Source: a bacterium (lineage in GTDB: Bacteria; Patescibacteriota; Patescibacteriia; UBA10025). From it: a DNA stretch of 64,000 nt. The stretch covers positions 403,710 through 467,709 of the forward strand of contig JAKAGM010000001.1 in NCBI GenBank assembly GCA_021815445.1, in the 5' to 3' direction. The translations under genes and the position numbers were made by a program. Below, piece by piece: positions 37,492-47,054 of the stretch; positions within the stretch are counted from its first letter, which is position 1; each line of letters starts with the position of its first letter. The notes below the pieces were generated by a model. The model made no database searches, was not told where the DNA came from, and saw nothing but the letters and a program-made list of their open reading frames with translations.

Positions 37492-39330
37492 CTACCTGCC
37501 CGTGAACACAGGCCTGCGCTTTTCGACGAACGCGGCCATACCTTCACCCTTGTCCGCGGTTGAAAACAGATTTTCCTCGACATCGACGCAGCTGAGGCCG
37601 AGATTCGCCACCATTCGAATGAGCGAACTGATGGCAAGCGGCGAAGTCGTATCAGTGATCTGCCTGGCAACCTCCACGGCCCGAAGCAGAAGCTCGTCGT
37701 GCGGAACGACTTCATTAGCGATCCCGAGGTCGAATGCTTCCCGTCCTGTGAATTTTCTCCACGGCTGAAAGAGCACCGTGGAGGCACGTGTGACTCCCGC
37801 GCGCTTCACCAGCCGCGCGACGCCGTCAAATCCAGGAACAATACCGAGAGTTGGCTCGGGAAATCCGCACTTCGCCAACTCCGACATGATGATGTAGTTG
37901 CACGCCAACGCGGTTTCAAGACCTCCGCCAAACGCGTAACCGTTCACAGCCGCGATCCATACCATTTCGGAGAGCTCAAGACCGCGGAGAGTCTCTACTC
38001 CCAAGGATGTGTATTCACGGCAACCTTCGTGATCCATGAGCTGCATCGCCTTGATGTCGGCTCCGCCAATGAATGCGGCTCCGGCCCCGGTCAGGATCAC
38101 GGCGCGGCACCCGCGTGTGATGAGGTCTTGGTGTATCGCCCGGAGTTGAAGCAGGATGCTCTCATTAAGCGCATTCATTGCCTCAGGGCGGTTGATCGTC
38201 ACGACGGCGATGCGGGTGAGCCCGTCATACTCCACGATGAAGTCGCTGGGAATCAGCGCCTTCGAAACATCTTCGGGAGGCATGATCCGCGGGAAAGTCC
38301 CGAACCGTTGAAGATGGTCCTGCACACACCTGTCGACATCCAGAAGCAGCATCTCGGCCATCATTTCACCCGGTCCTTTGGGCCAGGCGAGGCAGGTGCG
38401 GACAGCTCTGTCGACCTGGTAGAGTCCGCCCTCGATGTCAGGCGCGACGCGCAGAGCATTGGCAAAGATGAGTCCGCGGAAACGGTCGGCGAGTTTGTCG
38501 ACATGCAGCGAATCAGGATCGCCCTCCAGATTCCACTTCGCCTCTGATTCGACCTGTCTGGTGAGTACGTCCGGGATGACCACCCAGTCGCCGAGATACT
38601 TTTGCATGGGTTTCGCGGCGAGAGCGGTGACGGGCACGCCGGTAAAGTTCATCAGCCAGAACGGTCCCTTCTTGAACCCCGTGGCCTGTACGCCGGCCGC
38701 TTCGATGGTCGGAATATCGAATCCTTCCTGAAGCATGGCGCAGGCCTCGAGCAGGTACGGAACGAATATCCCGTTGACCACGAAACCGGACTGCCGCCCT
38801 TCCACGATGAACGGGAAACAGCCGATATCGAGGGCAAATTCCCTGAGTTTCTCGATGAGACCTTCGGGCGTGTTGGAATACCGGACGATCTCCACCCCGG
38901 GATTGACTTCCACGGGCGACATCGGGTGGAACCCTGCGTCAGCGCCGATGTCGGCGAGCGGAATTGCCGAAGTGACTGACACAATGGGCACCCCGTCCGG
39001 AATCACCTTGCGTGCCCGGCTGATGGCGTCTCCTTTGACATCGGCATCCTCGACAACAGCCTCGATGATCAGATCATCAGACCCGACATTTTGCAGTGAT
39101 GTAAAGCCGTGGGTCCACGATATGCGCCCCAGTATTTCAGCGTATCGGGCCTGCTTAAGCTTGCCCTTGCCCTTGGCTTCCTCGAGCCGTTTGACAACAC
39201 CTGCTCTCGACCTTTCGACAGCATCATAATTCACCTCAATGATGCTGACTCTTCTGCCTGTCTTGGCGATACGGATGGCAAGGCCTCCGCCTATCCATCC
39301 GCCGCCGATGATGATGACTTTCTGGAACAT
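37492..39330 (-). CDS. fused 3-hydroxyacyl-CoA dehydrogenase / enoyl-CoA hydratase
   Basis: N-terminal NAD-binding motif IIGGGWIGGGLA (HCDH domain). C-terminal crotonase fold (AVVTINRPEAMNAL...GAGAAFIGGADI). Confidence 0.8.
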   Translation of the reverse strand: MFQKVIIIGGGWIGGGLAIRIAKTGRRVSIIEVNYDAVERSRAGVVKRLEEAKGKGKLKQARYAEILGRISWTHGFTSLQNVGSDDLIIEAVVEDADVKGDAISRARKVIPDGVPIVSVTSAIPLADIGADAGFHPMSPVEVNPGVEIVRYSNTPEGLIEKLREFALDIGCFPFIVEGRQSGFVVNGIFVPYLLEACAMLQEGFDIPTIEAAGVQATGFKKGPFWLMNFTGVPVTALAAKPMQKYLGDWVVIPDVLTRQVESEAKWNLEGDPDSLHVDKLADRFRGLIFANALRVAPDIEGGLYQVDRAVRTCLAWPKGPGEMMAEMLLLDVDRCVQDHLQRFGTFPRIMPPEDVSKALIPSDFIVEYDGLTRIAVVTINRPEAMNALNESILLQLRAIHQDLITRGCRAVILTGAGAAFIGGADIKAMQLMDHEGCREYTSLGVETLRGLELSEMVWIAAVNGYAFGGGLETALACNYIIMSELAKCGFPEPTLGIVPGFDGVARLVKRAGVTRASTVLFQPWRKFTGREAFDLGIANEVVPHDELLLRAVEVARQITDTTSPLAISSLIRMVANLGLSCVDVEENLFSTADKGEGMAAFVEKRRPVFTGR

Positions 39331-39479
39331 AGTCCCTCCTGTGGAACGGGTGAGAGTAACATGGACTTCAACAATGAATACGTAACAAAACGTTGTTCAC
39401 GGGTTGGCAAAGAACATAACAAGCAAAAACTTGTTTCGATACCGTACCAAGAACTCCCCGCTGAGTCAAGAGTATTCGA

Positions 39480-39614
39480 CGATTAATAACAGCGAGGAGG
39501 CGGGATTCGAAATCCCGCTACAGGGTGCGTCGGCCGGATTTCCTTCGGGCCCGCCTTCGCCCTGAAGGGCTCTCCTCGAATCTGAGACTCTCGAGTCGAA
39601 GACAGAATCCGGCC
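39480..39614. repeat. intergenic paired-palindrome element, copy 3, with a 62-nt insertion splitting the second palindrome
   Basis: GCGGGATTCGAAATCCCGC (39500-39518). GGCCGGATT (39532-39540), then a 62-nt insert (39541-39602, containing its own hairpins CCTTCGGGC/GCCCTGAAGG and GAGACTCTCGAGTC), then CAGAATCCGGCC (39603-39614). Confidence 0.65.
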
Positions 39615-39683
39615 TACTCACAATAAAAAGCAGCCCCGGGTTACTCCAAGGCTGCTTGTCTAACTGCTAACTACTGTGGCTAT

Positions 39684-40232
39684 TTACTGCACGATAACTG
39701 TTCCTGTCACCGACGGATTAGTATGATCGTGGTAGCCGTAGGTGCCTGCGGTATTGAAGGTCTTCTGGTACATGTCGCCGGGTGCCTCAATCTGTTTCGG
39801 ATCGTCCCATATGCCGGGATACGCGTCATGGGTCGGGTGAGGATTCGGGGCAACCTGGTGCGATGCGGTGTCGTTGTTCAGCCACGTGACTGTCTGGCCG
39901 GCTGTTATCGTCACCGTCTGAGGAATGAACCCTGATGAGGTGATATTAACAGTCTTTCCCTGACTTATCGTGGCCGTATTGGTGTTAGCTGAGCTGTTTG
40001 TGTTTGCAGCTGCGTTCACGCTGGTTGAGCTGTTCGTGACAGAACTATTAACGTTGAGACCTGCATTGGTGTTGAGGTTGGTGTTCAGGTTCACAGATGT
40101 GTTGGTCAGCGTCGACGTATTAAGGGTGGTATTCGTCGTGTTCGTGTTGGCATTATTGTTGTTGCCTGAAAGGGCAAACCACACGATTCCCGCGACCGCG
40201 AGCACTCCCACAATGATGAGGAGAATTTTCAT
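39684..40232 (-). CDS. cupredoxin-like (plastocyanin/EfeO-type) domain protein with N-terminal TM helix and N/T-rich linker
   Basis: 182 aa. TM helix MKILLIIVGVLAVAGIV, N/T low-complexity linker, C-terminal ITAGQTVTWLNNDTASHQV...YGYHDHTNPSVTGTVIV cupredoxin-like pattern. Confidence 0.55.
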   Translation of the reverse strand: MKILLIIVGVLAVAGIVWFALSGNNNNANTNTTNTTLNTSTLTNTSVNLNTNLNTNAGLNVNSSVTNSSTSVNAAANTNSSANTNTATISQGKTVNITSSGFIPQTVTITAGQTVTWLNNDTASHQVAPNPHPTHDAYPGIWDDPKQIEAPGDMYQKTFNTAGTYGYHDHTNPSVTGTVIVQ

Positions 40233-40392
40233 ACGCGATTGAAATAAGTATTAAGGTATTAATCGATCTTCCTGGCAAGCCAGGTCAAAAGGTGAAATGT
40301 AAACTACTCCCCTACTACAGAGTGTAATACATGTTGATATTTATATCAACACAACCTGAAAACGAGCTTAAGGCTCTCCAGATCCACCGCTT

Positions 40393-41721
40393 TTACCGCC
40401 ACTCAAGGCCTTGGCGAACAAGCAACTCTGATGCGCGCAGCGGTTCGGCCATGAGTTCCTTGGTAATTTTTTCCATCCGTGCGACCTGTGATCCTTTCAC
40501 AAGCACCACGTCGCCTTCTTTTAACTCGCGTTGGATATACCTGCCAGCCTCTTCGGCATTGGGAAACATGCTGATGTTGCTTTCAGCGAATCCGGCTTCA
40601 ACTGCAGCCTGGGCAATGATTTTTGCTTTTTCACCGACTACGACGAGAAGGTCGAGTCCTGACTTCGCCGCATATCTGCCTACGTCTTCATGCTCGCGGA
40701 CAGTCGCATCGCCCAGCTCAGCCATCTCTCCCAGGGCGGCGATTCGCCTGCCCCGGACATCCAGCGCCTTGAGCGTATCAAGCGCGGCCTTAGCGGCTCG
40801 CGGGGAGGAGTTGTAACTGTCGTCGATGATGCGGGTATATTTTATCCCGGGAAGCAAATTCATCCTGCCAGGCGGTGAAACGAAATTTTTGAGCGCGCCG
40901 GCTATCTCATGGAGATTCAGCCCGAACGAAATTCCCACCGCAGCCGCGGCCAGGCCGGCAAGCACCTGGTGGGAGCCGAGCACGGAAGGTAAAAACACGG
41001 GTACGGTGCTGCCGCGGTAAGACATCTTATAGCTGATCCCGCTGACGCCCGTCGGCGCCTGATCTGGGTTTATCGGCCCTTCGCTTACTGTGGCTTCGAG
41101 CGAGCGCACGTCTGCCGTCTCGGCAAACCCGTACGTAATGACAGTCGCCCGGGTCTTTTCCCGCATGGCGAGGACGGACGGGTCGTCAGCATTGAGCACG
41201 GCAAAACCTTCCTTGAAAAGCTGGGAGACCATTTTTCGTTTTTCCGTGATGACGCGGTCCAAGGTTTTAAAGTATTCTAGATGGACTTCACTGACCGCAG
41301 TAACGACGCCGACGGTGCACGGGGCAAACGACGTCAGGTATTCTATGTCGCCTGTCTTATCAGCTCCCATCTCGAGGACGAGGACTTCAGGATAATTCGC
41401 ATCGCGGAAGCAGATCAGGCGCAGGGCCCGGAAAAAAACCCCGAGCCAGATAAAAAGATTTTTTCCTCCGCTTTCTTCGCCCAGAATGGCCAAGGGCACG
41501 CCGATTTCATTATTGTAATTCTTCATGTTTTTCCTGACGCGAAAACCAGCCCGCAGGACGGTGGCAATCGCATCCTTTGTCGACGTCTTGCCCACGCTTC
41601 CTGTGACGCCGACTATCTTGGGATGATATTTTCTCACAACAATTCCCGCAAGTATTTTCAGTTTCCACTCTAGTACTTTTTTGAAATACGATGTCATAGG
41701 AAAATTATTTTTTCTGGACAT
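40393..41721 (-). CDS. murF: UDP-N-acetylmuramoyl-tripeptide--D-alanyl-D-alanine ligase
   Basis: 442 aa. Mur ligase P-loop GVTGSVGKTSTKD and the central and C-terminal Mur ligase domains. Confidence 0.85.
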   Translation of the reverse strand: MSRKNNFPMTSYFKKVLEWKLKILAGIVVRKYHPKIVGVTGSVGKTSTKDAIATVLRAGFRVRKNMKNYNNEIGVPLAILGEESGGKNLFIWLGVFFRALRLICFRDANYPEVLVLEMGADKTGDIEYLTSFAPCTVGVVTAVSEVHLEYFKTLDRVITEKRKMVSQLFKEGFAVLNADDPSVLAMREKTRATVITYGFAETADVRSLEATVSEGPINPDQAPTGVSGISYKMSYRGSTVPVFLPSVLGSHQVLAGLAAAAVGISFGLNLHEIAGALKNFVSPPGRMNLLPGIKYTRIIDDSYNSSPRAAKAALDTLKALDVRGRRIAALGEMAELGDATVREHEDVGRYAAKSGLDLLVVVGEKAKIIAQAAVEAGFAESNISMFPNAEEAGRYIQRELKEGDVVLVKGSQVARMEKITKELMAEPLRASELLVRQGLEWR

Positions 41722-43465
41722 CCACCTCGGGCGGAACCCCGAAATAGTTTAGCATGAACCGCGCCATATCCCCGAAAACAGGCGCAGCGGTGCTCTCGGC
41801 GAATTTGACGTCTTTGGGACGGTCAATTTTTACCAGCATCACAAATTTTGGATTGTCCACCGGGGCGAACCCGACGAACGTTCCTATTGTCTGGCTGGGA
41901 TCGTATCCGCGCGCTCCCTGGAGAGGTATTTGCGCGGTGCCCGTCTTTCCGGCGACGAAATATCCGGGAACTCCGGCTTGTTTGCCGTGCCCGTTTTGGA
42001 CCACATTCACCATCATCGCCTGCACCTTCACGGCTGTTTCGGGGGAAATGACCTGGCGAACCGTCACGGGTTTCGTCGTATCCGTCGTCCCGTCGCGATG
42101 AATGACCTGGTCCACCACGTAGGGCTTTACCATCATGCCGTCATTCGCGATCGCGCCGTACGCCGTAATCAGCTGGATGGGAGTGACGCTAATGCCCTGG
42201 CCGAAAGATCCCGTCGCCATATATATTTCTTTGTGCTGGGCGAGCGCCGAGATATCGCCGCTTTGCTCGGACTTGACGTCGATGCCCGTCTTTTCTCCGA
42301 AGCCGAACCTTTTGATGTACTCTTCGAATTTTTCCGGGCCAATTTGCCTCGAGGCGAAAATTGCGCCGGTATTGAGCGACTGCTCGAGAACCTGCGTCAT
42401 CGTATTGACCCCGTGGGCCTTGTCATCGGAATTTTTTATAATGTACTTCCCTATCTGGACGCTCCCCGTGTCGGTATACGTCGTATTGGGAGTGATTTTT
42501 CCTTCATTGAGCGCTGCGGCCATGGTGATAGATTTGAACACCGAGCCTGGCTCATAGACATTGTATGTCGACGGGTTTACAAAAACATTGATGTCTTTCA
42601 CATCCTGGTAGGCATTCGGGTCAAAATCGGGGGACCCGCACATTGCGATGATCTTCCCCGTCGACGGTTCCATGATGATGAGCGCTCCGCCCGTCGCGCC
42701 GTGCTTTTGGACAGCGGCATCGAGCTCGGTACACGCCTTGTATTGGATGGTCCTGTCGATAGTCAGCACAATGTCGCTGCCGTCTTTTTTCTGCGAAAGC
42801 GTCTTGGACCCTATTGTTATAGATTGTCCGCCGGCATCCCGAGTCCCCTGAAGGAAGCCGTTGGTTCCTGCAAGCTCTTTATCCCAGTATCCCTCTACCC
42901 CGTATTGCCCGACGCGCAGGTCATCCTGATACCCGACGAACCCGAGAAGCTGGCTCCCGATATTCTTTTCCGGGTAATACCTGCTCGTCTCGCGCTCAAA
43001 TCCTATCCCGGTGATATTCAAATTTTGTATCTGTTCCACGACATTCCTTTCTACCTGCTTTTTAAGCGGTTCATAGGCATCACCGGACTTTTGCAGGTGC
43101 GGCAGAATATCCCCCGCCGGCATCTGGAGAAGCCCGCTGAGTTCGTCGGCCACTTTAGGCGCGTCTTTTACGATCCGCGGATCGGCATATACCAGATAGT
43201 AGTCTTTATTGGCGGCAAGGGGAACCAGTTTCCCGTCTTCATGGACAAAGATCTCCCCCCTGTCGGCCAGGAGGAGCGACGAAAGATTGTGCTGGTTTTG
43301 GGCCAGCGCAGCGTAGAATCCGTATTGAAATATCTGTATATGGCCGAGGCGCATGACAACGGCAGCCCCGAAAATAAAAAGGCAGACGGCGACAAAACGG
43401 ATCCTGTCGAATGACCCTCCCTGCTTGGTATTTCTTTTTTTATAGGCGATCATAGGGGCTATCAT
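41705..43465 (-). CDS. ftsI: penicillin-binding protein 2 / FtsI-type peptidoglycan transpeptidase
   Basis: 586 aa. N-terminal TM helix, PBP dimerisation domain, transpeptidase motifs SVFK, SLN, KTGT. Confidence 0.85.
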   Translation of the reverse strand: MIAPMIAYKKRNTKQGGSFDRIRFVAVCLFIFGAAVVMRLGHIQIFQYGFYAALAQNQHNLSSLLLADRGEIFVHEDGKLVPLAANKDYYLVYADPRIVKDAPKVADELSGLLQMPAGDILPHLQKSGDAYEPLKKQVERNVVEQIQNLNITGIGFERETSRYYPEKNIGSQLLGFVGYQDDLRVGQYGVEGYWDKELAGTNGFLQGTRDAGGQSITIGSKTLSQKKDGSDIVLTIDRTIQYKACTELDAAVQKHGATGGALIIMEPSTGKIIAMCGSPDFDPNAYQDVKDINVFVNPSTYNVYEPGSVFKSITMAAALNEGKITPNTTYTDTGSVQIGKYIIKNSDDKAHGVNTMTQVLEQSLNTGAIFASRQIGPEKFEEYIKRFGFGEKTGIDVKSEQSGDISALAQHKEIYMATGSFGQGISVTPIQLITAYGAIANDGMMVKPYVVDQVIHRDGTTDTTKPVTVRQVISPETAVKVQAMMVNVVQNGHGKQAGVPGYFVAGKTGTAQIPLQGARGYDPSQTIGTFVGFAPVDNPKFVMLVKIDRPKDVKFAESTAAPVFGDMARFMLNYFGVPPEVDVQKK

Positions 43466-43551
43466 AGCGAAAAAGGCCTCTCGGGATCAAGCGGTGTCCG
43501 GCAGAGGTATTTCACAGGATGCCGCCCTGGCGCCCGCACAGGTCCCGGACA

Positions 43552-43938
43552 CTAGCGGGATGCCACAGCCGCACCGCCGACAGAGGGCAGATATTGCACA
43601 GAGTCAGCCGCCACCATCTGCATGCGGGAGCCCGCTTCCTGGATCGCAGCCATGGATTGCAGCTCCGCCCGCGAGAGATCGAGCTGGCGGTATTCCCTCT
43701 TTGACTTATCTATATTGCGCTGGAGCTCTTCCAGTTGGTATCCGCCGACCGAGGTTTGATTGATCACGAAGAGGTACGACAGTCCGGCAAAGACTATCAG
43801 CGCGATAAGAACCACGTTCAGCGTCATGCTGTCCATGCGGATGCCGCCGAAAATGTTCGGGAATATCCCGTGTTGTCTCCCTGAACGCAGCGCTGTCCGG
43901 CGAAAACGCTGTGGGTGTGTTTGTGAGAAGGATGTCAT
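43552..43938 (-). CDS. ftsL: cell-division protein FtsL-like (single TM + coiled coil)
   Basis: Sits between rsmH and ftsI. TM helix LNVVLIALIVFAGLSYLFVI followed by a short coiled coil. The true start may be the internal Met (MDSMTLNV). Confidence 0.5.
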   Translation of the reverse strand: MTSFSQTHPQRFRRTALRSGRQHGIFPNIFGGIRMDSMTLNVVLIALIVFAGLSYLFVINQTSVGGYQLEELQRNIDKSKREYRQLDLSRAELQSMAAIQEAGSRMQMVAADSVQYLPSVGGAAVASR

Positions 43939-44870
43939 AATTCTTTTTGTATTGCGCGGAGCTTGGCGCTCCGGCTTGATGGGTTTGTTTTCCGCTCTTC
44001 GTCTGTCGGCACGACAGGCTTCTTGGTCAAAAGAGTGGCATGTGCGGCTCGCGATTCTGAACGAAAAAAGTTTTTAATTATTCTGTCTTCAGCTGAGTGA
44101 AAAGCTATAACGGCGAGACGGCCGCCGGGCGCAAGCAGTGAGAGCGCCTGCGGCAGCGCGCGTTCGAGATTCCCAAGCTCGTCATTCACCGCGATACGCA
44201 GTGCCTGGAAAACTCGGGTTGCAGGATGCAGTCCTCCGACCCAGGGTATTTCTTTTCGAGAGTGCAGGGTATTCCGGATAACCAGGAGTACGGCCTCAGA
44301 AAGCTGCCGCGTCGTTGTAAATTTTTGTTGCCGTCTGACTCGGCAAATATGCGCGGCAAGTGGATAAGAAAATTTCTCTTGGCCATACTCCTGGAAAACC
44401 CAGATGAGCTTGTCCATCGGCCACTGGTTGACAACGTCAGCAGCTGTCACCGTGAGTGACCGATCAAGACGCATATCAAGGGGCGCATCACGTTCAAACG
44501 AAAATCCATGAGTTCCTTCCTTTACCTCAAACCGGGAGAGACCAAGGTCAAACAGGATACCGTTCACGGGCTTCCCATCGAGATGGGGAGCCGCGGCGCT
44601 CTCCAGGTGAGAAAAGTTCTCATGGAGAACGGTGAAATGCCCGGCATAGCGCCGCAGTCTGTGCTTCGCGCGCTCGATACTCTCAGCATCGAGCTCAAAA
44701 GCGATCAGTCTGCCGGCGTGTTGACCTTCGTTATCTGGTGCGATGCGTTCAAGCATGGGTAACGCATGACCGCCTTCGCCGAGAGTACAGTCGATGACCG
44801 TATCCCCCGGTTTGAGATTAAGGAAACGAAGTGTTTCTGTCAGGAGGACTGGGATGTGAATGTGCTGCAT
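43935..44870 (-). CDS. rsmH: 16S rRNA (cytosine1402-N4)-methyltransferase
   Basis: 311 aa. N-terminal HIPVLLTETLRFLNLKPGDTVIDCTLGEGGH (MraW signature). Confidence 0.9.
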   Translation of the reverse strand: MQHIHIPVLLTETLRFLNLKPGDTVIDCTLGEGGHALPMLERIAPDNEGQHAGRLIAFELDAESIERAKHRLRRYAGHFTVLHENFSHLESAAAPHLDGKPVNGILFDLGLSRFEVKEGTHGFSFERDAPLDMRLDRSLTVTAADVVNQWPMDKLIWVFQEYGQEKFSYPLAAHICRVRRQQKFTTTRQLSEAVLLVIRNTLHSRKEIPWVGGLHPATRVFQALRIAVNDELGNLERALPQALSLLAPGGRLAVIAFHSAEDRIIKNFFRSESRAAHATLLTKKPVVPTDEERKTNPSSRSAKLRAIQKEL

Positions 44871-44910
44871 ACGTGCCTCTGCTTACAGCCGCTGGGCCGT
44901 AAGCGGCGAA

Positions 44911-45342
44911 TCATACTCCGAGATCCCCAAGCGCTTCCGCGATATCAGTACTCTTGCCTTCTGTTCCTTTCCTATATTGATTCCATCTGGTCTGGTCCCA
45001 AATTTCGAGTCTGTTATACAGGCCGGTAACAACGACGTTTTTCTTGAGTGTCGCGAATGTGCGAAGGTAATCAGGCATGACAACTCTCCCCTGCTTATCA
45101 ATATCAAGCTCCATGGCTCCTGCGAGCATCATGCGGGCAAAGGCCCTTGTGTTCGCTTTGGAAATCGGGAGCTTCGCGAGCCGGTCGGCAAGCGCAAGCC
45201 AGTCTTTCTGCGGGTAGACGAACAGACAATTATCCAGACCGCGGGTGACTACGGCGCCGTTGCGGAATGCTGAACGGAACTTGACCGGAATGGCCAGCCG
45301 TCCCTTTTCGTCTAATGAATGATAGTATTCTCCGATAAACAT
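44911..45342 (-). CDS. mraZ: transcriptional regulator MraZ
   Basis: 143 aa. Duplicated MraZ/SpoVT-AbrB-like halves (LDEKGRLAIPVKFR ... DKQGRVVMPDYLR). Confidence 0.9.
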   Translation of the reverse strand: MFIGEYYHSLDEKGRLAIPVKFRSAFRNGAVVTRGLDNCLFVYPQKDWLALADRLAKLPISKANTRAFARMMLAGAMELDIDKQGRVVMPDYLRTFATLKKNVVVTGLYNRLEIWDQTRWNQYRKGTEGKSTDIAEALGDLGV

Positions 45343-45396
45343 ACTTCTCTATATAGAGCTAGCGGACGTTTTAGGTTATGCACTTGTGCACAGTAC

Positions 45397-45446
45397 TTAT
45401 CCCCACTTTTATCCACTTCTTACCCTTCTACTCCATTTTACACCAC
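45397..45446 (-). promoter_or_regulatory. array of 5 GTGG/GGG-containing direct repeats at 10-bp periodicity upstream of mraZ (MraZ-box-like operator)
   Basis: Minus strand reads GTGGTGTAAAA-TGGAGTAGAA-GGGTAAGAA-GTGGATAAAA-GTGGGGATAA. A TGCAC-TT-GTGCA palindrome lies at 45379-45390, between the array and the mraZ start. Confidence 0.5.
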
Positions 45447-45635
45447 ATTTTGCCTTTCGTCAACCACAACACATTGTCCACAGCAAGGTCAACCCCGCCG
45501 CTCGTAAGCGATAGGGAGGACCTTTTCTGCGACGGCAAATCCCCTGCCTTAGGTTTGACTCGGATCCATGATAGCGGGGGTCAAAAAGTCAGAGAGAACT
45601 TGTCCTGCCTCATAAATATTGATAAAATACTTTAA

Positions 45636-46448
45636 TTGTTCATTCGTTCTTTAACCCCGGAGGGTACCTTGAAAACATTACATACGTTACTCGCTATCAG
45701 TCTATATGTGCTCGTCGTCGGAACAATCGCGCGTGCGACGGACGATCCCATCTATTTGTTTGGCGATGATGCACAGAAGGTACTTGATTCGCTTGAAGAC
45801 GCCAAGTCTGATGGCTTCCTTCACATGGGCATTCTTGCTCATAACCTGTCGTTCTCGACAAAAAAAGCGAAGATGACGGGCCGCGCCGAAGAATACCTCA
45901 GTCTCGTGCGACTCAAAGGCGGGTACACCGATACGCTGAGGGTCTATGAATGCCTGCTGACGCTCTTATCCCTTCGCGACGAGAACATCCTGAAAAAAGG
46001 AGTTGGTTTCATCAGCGGATTCGTGGGGCTTCAATCGCCTGAAGATGAAATACGGGAAGTATTCATGTGCCTCTCGCGTGAGATTGACCGACAGCCGGAT
46101 AACATGGCTTTTCATCTAATTCGAGCGGCTGCGGCGGTAGAAGTCGCCGGGGTAATGCCTGACCTGCTGCCAATGGCGAATGAGGACCTCGTGCAAATAG
46201 CTTTTCTGTCCGCTCACCAGATGGACGAGGACTCGACTCACCGATTCTACTCCGCACTGGTTAGTGCGAAGTACCGCTACCTCCTTGCAAAAACAAGCGG
46301 CAGCGTGTGGGATTCACGGCGCATGCTCCTCGAGTCCCATGGATGTATGGTTCAAGCGTCAGCATACGCCCGGGGTAAATGGCAACCAGGAGAAATCATT
46401 CTCTGGAATGATCGCATCGAGAAGCTTTTCAGGGAGTTGGACAATTAA
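45636..46448 (+). CDS. hypothetical secreted protein
   Basis: 270-aa ORF with an N-terminal hydrophobic segment (LLAISLYVLVVGTIARA). No recognised domain. Confidence 0.45.
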   Translation: MFIRSLTPEGTLKTLHTLLAISLYVLVVGTIARATDDPIYLFGDDAQKVLDSLEDAKSDGFLHMGILAHNLSFSTKKAKMTGRAEEYLSLVRLKGGYTDTLRVYECLLTLLSLRDENILKKGVGFISGFVGLQSPEDEIREVFMCLSREIDRQPDNMAFHLIRAAAAVEVAGVMPDLLPMANEDLVQIAFLSAHQMDEDSTHRFYSALVSAKYRYLLAKTSGSVWDSRRMLLESHGCMVQASAYARGKWQPGEIILWNDRIEKLFRELDN

Positions 46449-46637
46449 TCGAATACGCGGGCGGCCTTCGACGGTGCGCCCTTTTTTCATTTGTTCATTT
46501 AGATCTACCGCTAACACAAACCGGCCTAAACTAGTTTTGTCTGGCACTACGAGTACCTATACAACCTCATTCAGCGTTTCGTTTCCCTGCTTGATGTTTG
46601 ATTACTCGGCGATGAATAGATGGCAATTAAGCCTTGA

Positions 46638-47054
46638 TCATGCAATCCCCGAAGCTATCTTAATTTTGTCGTCCGCTCCCGTTGTGGTCAAACGGCCAAC
46701 TAATCCTTGAATAAGCTCAAGTGGAGAATGTTTATCACCGCTATTCTTTTTTATTATTTTGGCAAACTTTTTTAAGTCCGGATTTTGCTTGATGAATACG
46801 GTGCTAAAGTATTCTACTCTCAAATACTCAACTTCTCCCGTTTCTTTGTTAATGGAAACGCTAAAGTATGGATCAACTGGTAGAATAATTGAATTTCCAT
46901 TTGGTGGAGCCTGTAGGTTTGACCAGTAAAACTCATCTACTTCTTTATCATAACTAACACGCCACTGGTCAGCTCGCACCTCATCAACAATCCTATTAAG
47001 ATTCTCCCACACTTTCAACTGAAGAGCTTCAAGGCTTGTGACTTCGTTTTGCAT
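46638..47054 (-). CDS. hypothetical protein (AT-rich islet)
   Basis: 138-aa ORF at about 35% GC. Overlaps the next ORF by 40 nt out of frame. Confidence 0.35.
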   Translation of the reverse strand: MQNEVTSLEALQLKVWENLNRIVDEVRADQWRVSYDKEVDEFYWSNLQAPPNGNSIILPVDPYFSVSINKETGEVEYLRVEYFSTVFIKQNPDLKKFAKIIKKNSGDKHSPLELIQGLVGRLTTTGADDKIKIASGIA

